This document shows positions 38,001 through 47,183 of a stretch of DNA of 64,000 bases, piece after piece. Location of the stretch: the sequence record OM319461.1. One strand, written 5' to 3'. A program made the translations under genes and the position numbers. Positions within the stretch are counted from its first letter, which is position 1; the number at the start of each line of letters is the position of its first letter. The notes below the pieces were generated by a model. It saw nothing but the letters and a program-made list of their open reading frames with translations, had not been told where the DNA came from and made no database searches.

Positions 38001-38651
38001 TTACTTATTCAATTTTTTCCAAAAGTCTTCGTCTGACGTGATTCGTGTCGCAACATGACTCTGGGCCTTGCCCACGATTGCAGAGACGGCACCGACGATA
38101 GAATCATCACCTTTGTCTACGCAGTATTTCTTCGCGTCGTGTCCAAAGACATGTAGAAGCTTTTGCATGATGATGTTATCGTGACGTTTTCCGCATGTAT
38201 CAAACTCACTAAAGAATATAGCTTGTTTGTCCTTTTCGGCTTTCTCTGCTGCCGCCAGTGCATGTGGAATGATGTTGAGTACTTCAGCCAGGGCATTGAC
38301 TGCACACGTTAGATCAACACCATTGCTACTGATCATACAGCGCTCTAAGACGCGGTAAAGATGAGGAACAATCGAATGGCTGATGTCCATCTCTTCCTTA
38401 GGACGGAACAGAAGCACGATTGCATTCTTGTCTACTTTCTTGATCAGTACTTCTGCCTTCAGCTTGCGCAATGCTTCAAAGTCAGACAGTTCGTAAGGAT
38501 AACGAATCACTACTTCGAACTCACTGAGGTTAGCCCCAAAGGGGGCTAAGTTTTCTTCTTCGACATCAGGCAATGCAAGCGATTCAACTTGCAATGAATT
38601 TTCAGTTAACCAACCTTTGATAAGTTTGCCTTGATCAGATAGTTCGTTCAT
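38001..38651 (-). CDS. hypothetical protein
   Basis: TAATG-coupled to AAA ATPase. Confidence 0.7.
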   Translation of the reverse strand: MNELSDQGKLIKGWLTENSLQVESLALPDVEEENLAPFGANLSEFEVVIRYPYELSDFEALRKLKAEVLIKKVDKNAIVLLFRPKEEMDISHSIVPHLYRVLERCMISSNGVDLTCAVNALAEVLNIIPHALAAAEKAEKDKQAIFFSEFDTCGKRHDNIIMQKLLHVFGHDAKKYCVDKGDDSIVGAVSAIVGKAQSHVATRITSDEDFWKKLNK

Positions 38652-39994
38652 TATTCTTCTCCAAATGTAATTTTGTTTGATTCATGGTAGTTGTAAACAG
38701 GTTTCTCAGGTAACTGAGGAACAAGGTTGTGGTAGATCTCTTTGGCAATTTCTAGCTTGTAGTCAGAGCCGTCAAGTAGTTGACCAAGATCACAACCACG
38801 CAAAGGTACTTCGACAGAGTCATCCCAACCTTCGATGCGGTCTTTCATGTACGCATTCACGGTTTCAGGAGACAAGCGTGGTAGCTCCATTGCATGGGTT
38901 GTACGACCAGGACGAGTGATCGCATCATCCAGGCGTTCGATGTAGTTCGTGGTAATAAACACAATTGTGTTGTGTAGTGGAACAACACCATTCAGTGTGT
39001 TAAGTAGACCATCTAGTGATGGACCCATTGCAATTAACTCGCCGCTATCTTTTTGATGTTCTGGCTTCAAGAAAGCTTCATGACTATGAATATCTTCGAT
39101 GATCAAGAAGTTAGGTACATCACCACCACTTAGCTTTGAACTGAATAGAGTACGCAGTGAACCATTGCCCTCTAGTTCAGATACGTCAACGGTCATTACG
39201 TTGCGAATGCCCATTGCCTTAGCAACAGAACACAGAAGCGACGTCTTACCAGAACCAGGTTCGCCATATAGACAACCAATGTACTTGTAAGTCATGTCAT
39301 GCTCTTCTGCAAACTTCACTCGCTGTGGGAACTTCTCTACAAGATCATTGAAGTACGCTTTTACTTCTGGGTTAAGACACAGGTCATTCAGATGCGGAAG
39401 AATCGCACGCTGTGAGCCAGCAATACAGCCTTTGCTATCGTGATCGTAGATGTAGTTCCACTTGCGGTCAACGTCAACTTTAAGGTAGTCAACAAAGTCG
39501 TAAAGAGGTTTTGCAGTAAGACCATAAGTCATTAGACGAAGACGCTTCTTTTGTTTCTCTGAACCGCTTGATGGTAGATCCATGATTATGTACCAAAACA
39601 AACGCTTGTTCCAGAAGAACCAGTGGAAGCCTAGACCTGGATTTAGATGATAACCATCATATGTCTTTAGACCTTCTTCCCACAACTTAGGTTCTACCAC
39701 AAACGAACGAGAACCGAGAGACGTAGAGAAAGCCTCTAGTTTTTCTACGAAGCCTTCGTACTTGTAGACGTTTTGATCACGGTCAATTGTAAAACTAACA
39801 ATCAGGCGGCGCTTAATAGAACCAGGGACAGTTTTAGTAAAGAAGTATGCTGCCCAACCAGACGCAGTGGCTAGAGCAGTAAAGATCATACCGGACAGGA
39901 AGTCCATGCCACCAGACACGGTATTGATCCACGTGGTAAGCATGACGAATTTTTCATTAGCATATGCAAACAGATCTAAGATGAGTTGATACAT
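38651..39994 (-). CDS. BCS1-like membrane-anchored AAA+ ATPase
   Basis: N-terminal TM; GEPGSGKTS, IIEDI, SLDGLLNTLNG, ITTNYIERLDDAITRPGR. Confidence 0.85.
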   Translation of the reverse strand: MYQLILDLFAYANEKFVMLTTWINTVSGGMDFLSGMIFTALATASGWAAYFFTKTVPGSIKRRLIVSFTIDRDQNVYKYEGFVEKLEAFSTSLGSRSFVVEPKLWEEGLKTYDGYHLNPGLGFHWFFWNKRLFWYIIMDLPSSGSEKQKKRLRLMTYGLTAKPLYDFVDYLKVDVDRKWNYIYDHDSKGCIAGSQRAILPHLNDLCLNPEVKAYFNDLVEKFPQRVKFAEEHDMTYKYIGCLYGEPGSGKTSLLCSVAKAMGIRNVMTVDVSELEGNGSLRTLFSSKLSGGDVPNFLIIEDIHSHEAFLKPEHQKDSGELIAMGPSLDGLLNTLNGVVPLHNTIVFITTNYIERLDDAITRPGRTTHAMELPRLSPETVNAYMKDRIEGWDDSVEVPLRGCDLGQLLDGSDYKLEIAKEIYHNLVPQLPEKPVYNYHESNKITFGEE

Positions 39995-40034
39995 AACGTT
40001 GTCTCCAAGACAAAATAAAATGATGATTGAAAAT

Positions 40035-40060
40035 GCCCGAGGTCCAAATGGACCCCAGGC
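40035..40060 (-). terminator. intrinsic terminator
   Basis: GCCTGGGGTCC/GGACCTCGGGC stem plus U-rich tract. Confidence 0.7.
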
Positions 40061-40067
40061 TTAGTGA

Positions 40068-40787
40068 TTACTTGTGTTTCCAGTAGCTTACCTTACCGGC
40101 GATGATTTCATCCTTTTCTGTAGCTGGTAGATAAGGAACACGATCTAGAATATCTAGGTCACTTGAATCGGCAGGCAGTAAACGGATTTGGATGTTCACA
40201 TACTTAGAGCGATTGCCCATTAGGCAGTGATCTTCGAAAACACGTTTTTGTTTAAACATTTGAAGGTTGCCCTTCATGCGCTTGAATGTTTCGCTTACTA
40301 GTTCAGCCATGTCTTCATAGCCACCAGTATTGAGCTTAGGTGCAAACTCAACACGATTGAGTACGCGGTTAATTGCAACCTGTGCATCATTTAGAAATAC
40401 ACCTTCAGGGATAAGCAGAGAGAAGTCAATCTTATCTGACCAACCATCAGCAGTAACAAATGACGCATACTCAGAATCGATTTTGATTTCCGCACGCATG
40501 CAACCAGTAATGAACGTAACGTGTTGTTGATTTAGAAACACAAGGTCCTGGAGATTAATCAAACGAGAACGTAGATTATAAACACAACCTTCCAAGAATA
40601 CAGCTTCGTCAGCATTGCAGAAGATCTTTGCAGTTTCTTCGAATGTTTGTTGACGACCGTCACTAACAACACGAAAACCTAGTGCGTCAAGCAGCTTAGG
40701 GTCAAGTTTAGTTACCGCAGTAGTAACTTCTTTACCAGTAAGAGCTGAACCTTTTTCGTTTAGTGTTGCTTGAAACATAGTAAACAT
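40068..40787 (-). CDS. hypothetical protein
   Basis: First gene after early promoter. Confidence 0.75.
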   Translation of the reverse strand: MFTMFQATLNEKGSALTGKEVTTAVTKLDPKLLDALGFRVVSDGRQQTFEETAKIFCNADEAVFLEGCVYNLRSRLINLQDLVFLNQQHVTFITGCMRAEIKIDSEYASFVTADGWSDKIDFSLLIPEGVFLNDAQVAINRVLNRVEFAPKLNTGGYEDMAELVSETFKRMKGNLQMFKQKRVFEDHCLMGNRSKYVNIQIRLLPADSSDLDILDRVPYLPATEKDEIIAGKVSYWKHK

Positions 40788-40847
40788 AATACATTTTCCT
40801 TATAAGGATTATTTGAAAGAAGTGGATAACAAGTTGCTATCCACCTT

Positions 40848-40861
40848 GGTTATATAGAGAT
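40848..40861 (-). promoter_or_regulatory. putative early promoter
   Basis: ATCTCTATATAACC. Confidence 0.75.
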
Positions 40862-40865
40862 CAGA

Positions 40866-41720
40866 TTATTCTGAAAGTAATGTCAGTGTGAGTTTTCCAT
40901 CTTTGCCGCGGAAAGTCTCTGTATGACGCAGAGTTACATCGCGGCCATCCAGGACGTACTCAGGTTCACTCTGACGACCACTGCCTTTAACTTCTGCTAT
41001 AAGAGCTTGTACGCGTAGTTTGCCGGAAAACTTGTAATTGATTGTTACAAGTGTATCACGGTCGAGCTTGTAAGCAGGGCGATCAATCGCAGGTACTGGA
41101 GGCATATAGTACGTAACAAACTCAGGTAGACCTTCATCCGAGCGTGCCTTATCAATGAATTCTTCTGGCTTGCCTGTGTAAGTAACATACAGTTCGGTTT
41201 CAGCTGTGTCCTGATTTGCACGATATACAAAGTCAGGCTGCATCATAGTGAACTGTACTGAGTTACCAGCGACTTCGACGATGTTTGGCAGAATCGTGTT
41301 CTTCGGTGTATCTACGCTAGTAAAACTCCATTGGCTCTTACCGTTGTAAAGGATGTCACCATAAGCACCACCATCGATATACGTGATTTGGAACGTACCG
41401 TGCTCAGAACCACCGCCTTCTTTAAATACCCAGATCGTCAGCATTACTTCAAGATCTTTTGGCTCGCAAGACCAATGTAGCTCGATTGATTTGATTGGTG
41501 CTTTGTTACCAGCATAGTAACGATCAAGTACCATGTCGATTAAAGCAATCTCAATCGTTTCGTAGTTCATGTGAACGTTAGTAGCCGCATTATCCAATAC
41601 AGCACTCGTGCCATGGTCAACGCCAAATACTTCCCAGAACTCACGGCTAAAGTTAAGCTGGTTTAAGCCGGAGATAAGCACTGCTGCTTGTGGAGTTGTT
41701 TCTTTGTAAGTGAATTGCAT
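40866..41720 (-). CDS. hypothetical protein
   Basis: AGGA SD. Confidence 0.75.
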   Translation of the reverse strand: MQFTYKETTPQAAVLISGLNQLNFSREFWEVFGVDHGTSAVLDNAATNVHMNYETIEIALIDMVLDRYYAGNKAPIKSIELHWSCEPKDLEVMLTIWVFKEGGGSEHGTFQITYIDGGAYGDILYNGKSQWSFTSVDTPKNTILPNIVEVAGNSVQFTMMQPDFVYRANQDTAETELYVTYTGKPEEFIDKARSDEGLPEFVTYYMPPVPAIDRPAYKLDRDTLVTINYKFSGKLRVQALIAEVKGSGRQSEPEYVLDGRDVTLRHTETFRGKDGKLTLTLLSE

Positions 41721-41732
41721 AATGATTGTTTC

Positions 41733-41894
41733 CTATAGGAATGAACGATCAACAAGATAAAGGACATTGCCCTTCTTCTCACCACGGTGTGCCTGAATGT
41801 AAGACCAAACAGCCTTTAAGAACGATGCACCACTGTAAACCGGTACATGAATATCACCTGGCTTCCACCAGTAAACAGAATATTTAGAGCCCAT
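41733..41894 (-). CDS. 53-aa small protein (below ORF-track cutoff)
   Basis: MGSKYSVYWWKPGDIHVPVYSGASFLKAVWSYIQAHRGEKKGNVLYLVDRSFL fills the gap exactly; AAGG SD. Confidence 0.6.
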   Translation of the reverse strand: MGSKYSVYWWKPGDIHVPVYSGASFLKAVWSYIQAHRGEKKGNVLYLVDRSFL

Positions 41895-41896
41895 GT

Positions 41897-42499
41897 TTAT
41901 GCCTTACGAATCAGAGTTGCTTGAGATGCACCTTGCAGCTTCATGCTGTTTAGTACAGGTAGGATTTTCTTCTCTTCGATAAGGGCTTCGATAAAGTCCT
42001 GAGTAGACTTGTTAGCCATCTCAGTAATCTTAGCAGTCCAAGAGAAGTCTTCGGTAACCATAAACGTCACGTCGTCCATAATGAAAGACTCACCGCGAGT
42101 CATCTTGGTCGGTGTGCGTAACAGATAGATGGTGACGATGCGGTTGTCGTCTGCAATGACTTTGATTTCTTTCTTGTTGGTCAGTACGTCATCAGGAATG
42201 ATAGCACAAACCATGCGACTATCGTAGTCGGTACGCTCGATAGAAATCGGAGTCTGTACAGTATAAATAGAAACATCACTAAAGTCAAAGTCGTTTGAAT
42301 CATTAGAGATTGCCATTGCCACAAGATGGCGAAGAGAACAGTGGCCATCTGGTGTATAAAGAGTAGGAGCACCATCAGCATTTTTATGGAATTCGGTTCC
42401 AGTCGCTACTGTTACTTCGATAGCTGGGTTTGTACCGGCCTTTGAGAATACTTTAGTTGGACCGTTTGAACGAATGGTTGAGTTCCAGTGACTAGGCAT
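41897..42499 (-). CDS. hypothetical protein
   Basis: AAGGA SD. Confidence 0.75.
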   Translation of the reverse strand: MPSHWNSTIRSNGPTKVFSKAGTNPAIEVTVATGTEFHKNADGAPTLYTPDGHCSLRHLVAMAISNDSNDFDFSDVSIYTVQTPISIERTDYDSRMVCAIIPDDVLTNKKEIKVIADDNRIVTIYLLRTPTKMTRGESFIMDDVTFMVTEDFSWTAKITEMANKSTQDFIEALIEEKKILPVLNSMKLQGASQATLIRKA

Positions 42500-42568
42500 G
42501 TTGTTATTCCTTATGTTTGATTAAGATTTGGTTAATGAGGGAACCTCACAAGAAATTCCCTCGGGTTG

Positions 42569-43132
42569 TTAGATTAGATCGAATTCAGATACTTGGCAAT
42601 TGCCAAAGAATTCACAGATTTCGTTATCTCCTACAAGGTAAGCAACTGGGTTGGTATTGTACTCCCATTGGTCTTCGCCATTGCGGTGAACCTCTTGGAG
42701 CATTACCCAAACCTGATAGAAGTTAACACGAGTACATGTTTCAGGACAGAACTTCTCAGGGTCGTCTACAGTAAAGGTAGCACGGAAGATCTTACCTGTC
42801 ACACGATGGACGAGCTTAAGTGCACCATGCTGGTTTAGCTCAATGACATTGGACAGGGTATCTGGGAATTGCAAATCAATATTGCATTCAACACCTGACT
42901 TTGTTTTCACCATGGTTTTCACATTACCCTTTGTCATAAAGAAATCAGGGTCCATGATGGTCCAAATACCATCGCTGAATACAGTCATTGGTGTGCCAGC
43001 AAGATAAAGGATGTCACCCTCTAGTGGTCCGTTGACCGGTAGCTTGATGTAATCACGCTCTACCTGTAGCTGATCACTTGGTTCCCAGTTTTGCATGATG
43101 CGTGGCATGGTTGCCAGTGTTAGATATTGCAT
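42569..43132 (-). CDS. hypothetical protein
   Basis: Packed ORF. Confidence 0.75.
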   Translation of the reverse strand: MQYLTLATMPRIMQNWEPSDQLQVERDYIKLPVNGPLEGDILYLAGTPMTVFSDGIWTIMDPDFFMTKGNVKTMVKTKSGVECNIDLQFPDTLSNVIELNQHGALKLVHRVTGKIFRATFTVDDPEKFCPETCTRVNFYQVWVMLQEVHRNGEDQWEYNTNPVAYLVGDNEICEFFGNCQVSEFDLI

Positions 43133-43134
43133 GA

Positions 43135-44058
43135 TTAATCCTCGTCAATGATTTCGAATGAAACGATATGGCCATAAGTGTCATCAATAGACGACGTGAC
43201 CGCTTTAAGGAAGTCGTAGTCCGTAACCTTCAGTGCAGGATTGCTAGACCAAGACATTTGCTCAATTACACCATCTGCCCACTTAATAGAGACGTTCTTT
43301 TGTAGGCCCCAGATAGGTGCATAGCTTGCTTCAATCGTAATAGGTAGTTCGATAACGTTTGTACCTGTCTTGCTCATCTTGACTTCATACAGACGTGTTA
43401 CCGAGTCATATACCGTTTTACTTAGACGTAAGCTTTTTGGCAAGATAAAGGTTAGGCCTTCAACCACACCCAGACCACGGAATCGCTCACGAATATCTAC
43501 AAGTTCTTCGATGCTTGGTTTTTCTTCACGGGCTTTAAAGAACTTGATTTCCTTTAGAATTGCAGCTGGATCAAACTTGATGTTGCAGCGAGTATGAGAA
43601 CCAAAGAACTCACTCATGTCCTCCATGACTTCCAATGGAGTTTCGCCACTAGGTAGACGCATGTTCCATAGGGCCCATGCCGAATCGTGTTTCACTGCGA
43701 AAGATGAGCCATCAGGACGCGTAAAGCGAACATGCAGCCGTGGCATGCTGCGAGTCTCTTTGTGGTTACCGCAGATATCAACAAACGTGGATGTCTCTGC
43801 CATGCTGATCACTTCTGCCAATGTGTCTGTAAACGGACAACGTAACTGCTGTCCCTCTAACAAAGTAATGAACTTAGGCAGAAACTCTACCTCGTTAACC
43901 GCGTGCATAAAGTGACTTAGGCTTTCATTACGAGGATCAGTGATGTGAACAAAGTCTTCGTTATGAGTAAAGTCATAACCAAAGATCTTGATTTCGTCGT
44001 TTAGTGTAGCAGGGTAAACAAGACCAGTTTGTTTGTGTTCGAACATTTTGTTTTTCAT
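43135..44058 (-). CDS. hypothetical protein (start MKNKMF)
   Basis: GGAG SD, adjacent to upstream stop. Confidence 0.75.
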   Translation of the reverse strand: MKNKMFEHKQTGLVYPATLNDEIKIFGYDFTHNEDFVHITDPRNESLSHFMHAVNEVEFLPKFITLLEGQQLRCPFTDTLAEVISMAETSTFVDICGNHKETRSMPRLHVRFTRPDGSSFAVKHDSAWALWNMRLPSGETPLEVMEDMSEFFGSHTRCNIKFDPAAILKEIKFFKAREEKPSIEELVDIRERFRGLGVVEGLTFILPKSLRLSKTVYDSVTRLYEVKMSKTGTNVIELPITIEASYAPIWGLQKNVSIKWADGVIEQMSWSSNPALKVTDYDFLKAVTSSIDDTYGHIVSFEIIDED

Positions 44059-44059
44059 C

Positions 44060-44755
44060 TTAGTAGTCTCCGATTGTTCCAAGGTGCGTTAAGTTAAGAT
44101 CAGGTTCTTTTGTGAGTTGGATTACATCGCCATCTTTCCAGATAAGCGAGTCAGGTGAGAATTCACATTCCCGACAAGGGATGTCGGCTTTGACGGTTTT
44201 TAGATTTTCAAAACTCCCAGTCTCTTTGTTGAACTCCATTGACATTGCATCACCGTCGAAGTCATCGTTAGGTGGTGCAATCTCATGAGTTGTAAGAAAA
44301 GGCGCGGTTGGTTTTGATACGAAAGAATCCAGGTTGCGGATTGTTCTGCCGATGGAGTCAGTCAACCGAATCCAGCGTTCTGTGGTAAAACCAGGGTTAT
44401 CACAGCCCTCTAATAAGACAGCCAGATATTCGTACTCTGCCACAGGGAAGAGATAGGTAGATACGCGGCCCTCATAGCTACAGAAACAACGCATGCAGTT
44501 GCCTTCTGGCCAGAACAACACATCGTCACCGTAACGTACTTGTTTACCATGGAAGCGTTCACGATGCTTCTCTTTGCTGCTGAGCAATTCACGGTAGCCG
44601 TCGTTAACGACAATGTATTCACCGCCACGCAAAACGATTAGGTCACGCGTGCCGTTGAACATGTCAATAAAGTAGATGGTGGCATATCTGGCGACACCGA
44701 CCAGAATGATACAGACCCAAGCAATAATAGATAGCGTCCAAATTACTACGTCCAT
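44060..44755 (-). CDS. single-TM hypothetical protein
   Basis: N-terminal TM helix; AGGAG SD. Confidence 0.75.
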   Translation of the reverse strand: MDVVIWTLSIIAWVCIILVGVARYATIYFIDMFNGTRDLIVLRGGEYIVVNDGYRELLSSKEKHRERFHGKQVRYGDDVLFWPEGNCMRCFCSYEGRVSTYLFPVAEYEYLAVLLEGCDNPGFTTERWIRLTDSIGRTIRNLDSFVSKPTAPFLTTHEIAPPNDDFDGDAMSMEFNKETGSFENLKTVKADIPCRECEFSPDSLIWKDGDVIQLTKEPDLNLTHLGTIGDY

Positions 44756-44765
44756 TGTAAGTCTC

Positions 44766-45596
44766 CTAGTTACGAGTGAACAGTACGTTTTCTGATGTGG
44801 CTGTAATTACATCAGCAGGCCAGCGGAGTAAATCAATACTCATGCGTGCATTTACCACAAAGCCACGGCTGATAACCTTCCATTGCTTGTGTGATTCATA
44901 CAAGGCAATTAGGTTAGTTAGGTTACGGCCGTTTTGTTTCTTCGCATATTCTTGTGCTGTCTTCCAAACAGGTACACAGCCACGAAGTGTGCGGTCCAAG
45001 TTCTTAACCTTATCTGCGCGGTTGATGACTATTGATTGCATCGATACGCCCTTACTGATGGTATCGGCACGAGCTGGGTCTTGTTGACCTATCGCATCAT
45101 ATGTCTGATTAAACGGATGAACACCATCCAGCCAACGTGGACGAGCATCCGTCATCATACGGCGACGAGCGGCGACCTTTTCTTTTTCCTTTTGAGATGA
45201 ATGCAAAACAAAGTCGGTTTGGTTTGTTGCACGTAGATCCATCCATTGACTGCGTGCAGCCAATAAAAACTCTCGCTCGTCTTCATCTAAGTTACGGCTA
45301 CAGAAGTTAAGGTTGAATTGAACCGCCATTGCAAAGTAAAGTACCTCAAAGTTTACTTGAATGTAACTAGAACTACTAAGACGATTAACACGGACAATCT
45401 CGGTTAGGTAGTACCAGAAAGAATTACGAGCAGTTAGGTAGACCTGCATCTGTAAATCTTTGTCTTTTACTGCCAATGGTTTCTTTGGAAGAACTTCTTT
45501 TGAACCAAAGTTCTTAGCTGGGTCAAAGGCTTCAGGAATCGGAGTTCCTACGGTGTGCTTAACGTTTTCAATTAAGCGGTGTGCTAGGTTGTTCAT
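44766..45596 (-). CDS. hypothetical protein, possibly resembling N-terminus of phiKZ-type terminase
   Basis: NSFWYYLTEIVRV segment; no Walker A. Confidence 0.6.
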   Translation of the reverse strand: MNNLAHRLIENVKHTVGTPIPEAFDPAKNFGSKEVLPKKPLAVKDKDLQMQVYLTARNSFWYYLTEIVRVNRLSSSSYIQVNFEVLYFAMAVQFNLNFCSRNLDEDEREFLLAARSQWMDLRATNQTDFVLHSSQKEKEKVAARRRMMTDARPRWLDGVHPFNQTYDAIGQQDPARADTISKGVSMQSIVINRADKVKNLDRTLRGCVPVWKTAQEYAKKQNGRNLTNLIALYESHKQWKVISRGFVVNARMSIDLLRWPADVITATSENVLFTRN

Positions 45597-45628
45597 ATTG
45601 TGGCTCCTGATAAAAGGATAGTTGGTTG

Positions 45629-46162
45629 TTAAGACAGCTTGCGGATAACGCCAACTGTACGTGGTAGTGGTTCGCAGTCTTTTAGTTTTTCAGCACTGCG
45701 TTTGATATCGATCACATGCCAATCACCAGCGGCTGGAAACATGTTGCGCATGATCTTGATGATACGATGACATGGCTCTTCTGCTACTGCATTAAAAGCA
45801 GCTATGCGATCACCGTGGCCTAGGAGGTGTGTTACGTCTTGATCTGGATAAAACATGTATTGAGTTTCACGTACCTCGTCTTTTGTAGGACGATCCAGTG
45901 CACGGAAGATGACACTGCCATCTGGGCGGATAAGGCAGAAGCCCCAGTGCGAATGTTCACCTGACATACACATGTTTTCTAACTCACCTGCCATCATGTG
46001 GTTAAAGTAAGAAAGATCACCTGTGGTTTGTAGAAACACCAAACCATACTTTGTTTTTAACATACTTGAAGTTGGTGAACAGTCTGGTGTAACAGCCAGC
46101 ATCTTTGCAGGAACGATTAGTTTGTCGCGAACCATCGCGATCCAGTTAGCACCCTTACTCAT
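45629..46162 (-). CDS. hypothetical protein
   Basis: Overlap-coupled ORF. Confidence 0.7.
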   Translation of the reverse strand: MSKGANWIAMVRDKLIVPAKMLAVTPDCSPTSSMLKTKYGLVFLQTTGDLSYFNHMMAGELENMCMSGEHSHWGFCLIRPDGSVIFRALDRPTKDEVRETQYMFYPDQDVTHLLGHGDRIAAFNAVAEEPCHRIIKIMRNMFPAAGDWHVIDIKRSAEKLKDCEPLPRTVGVIRKLS

Positions 46163-46740
46163 AATTTCTCTCCTAGGTATTCTTCAACGATTTCTTTAAA
46201 CTTTTTAACTTCGATGCTTTCTAAATCAGTCAGACCATCACCATGGTAAGTATGAAAGCTTTCGGAAGTTTGTGGATCGAGTCTTGCTGTCTTTTCCATG
46301 ATGGTGTCCATACAGAACTCATCCAAGATCGCTTGACGGTGATACTCTGCTTTGGCACAAAGTAATCCAGTTCCATATCCAACGCCATCAGAACGAAACT
46401 CAATATCGAATCGTTCATCTTCAAAACAGAACGTAATAACACGACCATCTCGTTTATAAAGACCGATGACCGTGTCGTTTACCGCATCGTCGATGATTTT
46501 GGTTTTAGCCTTTGCGAGGATATCGTCAAACCCAAAGCATTGTGCAAGCAACATGATCTCAAAGTAAGTTGCTATTGTATGAACACGGGCTGCGGTACGA
46601 GACCACCCGCCAATAGCCAGAATAACGCAATCCAATTTAGAGAATGCTAACTTTTGTTCTTCGAAGCGAGGTTTGTTTAGGTACTGTGCGTGGTTCATAT
46701 CTGCACCGATCCAATCGTTCACTGCATATATCGTAGTCAT
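46159..46740 (-). CDS. HslV/proteasome-beta-like Ntn hydrolase (start MTTIYAV)
   Basis: MTTI N-terminus, GAD at about residue 13, K, AIGG, GYGTG, ARLDPQT. Confidence 0.55.
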   Translation of the reverse strand: MTTIYAVNDWIGADMNHAQYLNKPRFEEQKLAFSKLDCVILAIGGWSRTAARVHTIATYFEIMLLAQCFGFDDILAKAKTKIIDDAVNDTVIGLYKRDGRVITFCFEDERFDIEFRSDGVGYGTGLLCAKAEYHRQAILDEFCMDTIMEKTARLDPQTSESFHTYHGDGLTDLESIEVKKFKEIVEEYLGEKL

Positions 46741-46778
46741 GTGTGGCTCCTGATAAAAGGATAAAAAATAAAATGATA

Positions 46779-46804
46779 GCTCCCGCCCCAGATGGGGCAG
46801 GAGC
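46779..46804 (-). terminator. intrinsic terminator
   Basis: GCTCCTGCCCC/GGGGCGGGAGC stem plus U-rich tract. Confidence 0.75.
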
Positions 46805-46812
46805 GAATGCAA

Positions 46813-47115
46813 TTAGATTGCTAGGGTTTCACGTACTGCTGGAGTAGTGGTTTTGCGTTGGTGACCAGCTTTTGGTTCTGGCGCTTCAACAGAGAAGCTT
46901 AGGTCGTCGCCGTCTTTTGTTACAGTAACAACAGAACCAACTTTCGCACCTTTCACTTCTTTGAACGCGTCAACTGTGATGTCAGTTAGACCTAGTTCGT
47001 TATCTGCTGCTACAGACAAAGTAACTTTGCCATTTTTCTTACCTAGGATTTTGAAGAAGTGGTTGCCTTTAGTGTCTTTAGCTAGTACAGATAGAGTTTT
47101 AACGTTGATAGACAT
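46813..47115 (-). CDS. small Lys-rich beta protein (start MSINVKT)
   Basis: AAGGAG SD; first gene after early promoter. Confidence 0.75.
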   Translation of the reverse strand: MSINVKTLSVLAKDTKGNHFFKILGKKNGKVTLSVAADNELGLTDITVDAFKEVKGAKVGSVVTVTKDGDDLSFSVEAPEPKAGHQRKTTTPAVRETLAI

Positions 47116-47154
47116 AATTGTCTCCTTTGTTGGTTTAGTGTGAATATTCACATT

Positions 47155-47168
47155 GGTTATATAGAAAT
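47155..47168 (-). promoter_or_regulatory. putative early promoter
   Basis: ATTTCTATATAACC. Confidence 0.75.
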
Positions 47169-47183
47169 GAAGAAACGATGAAA

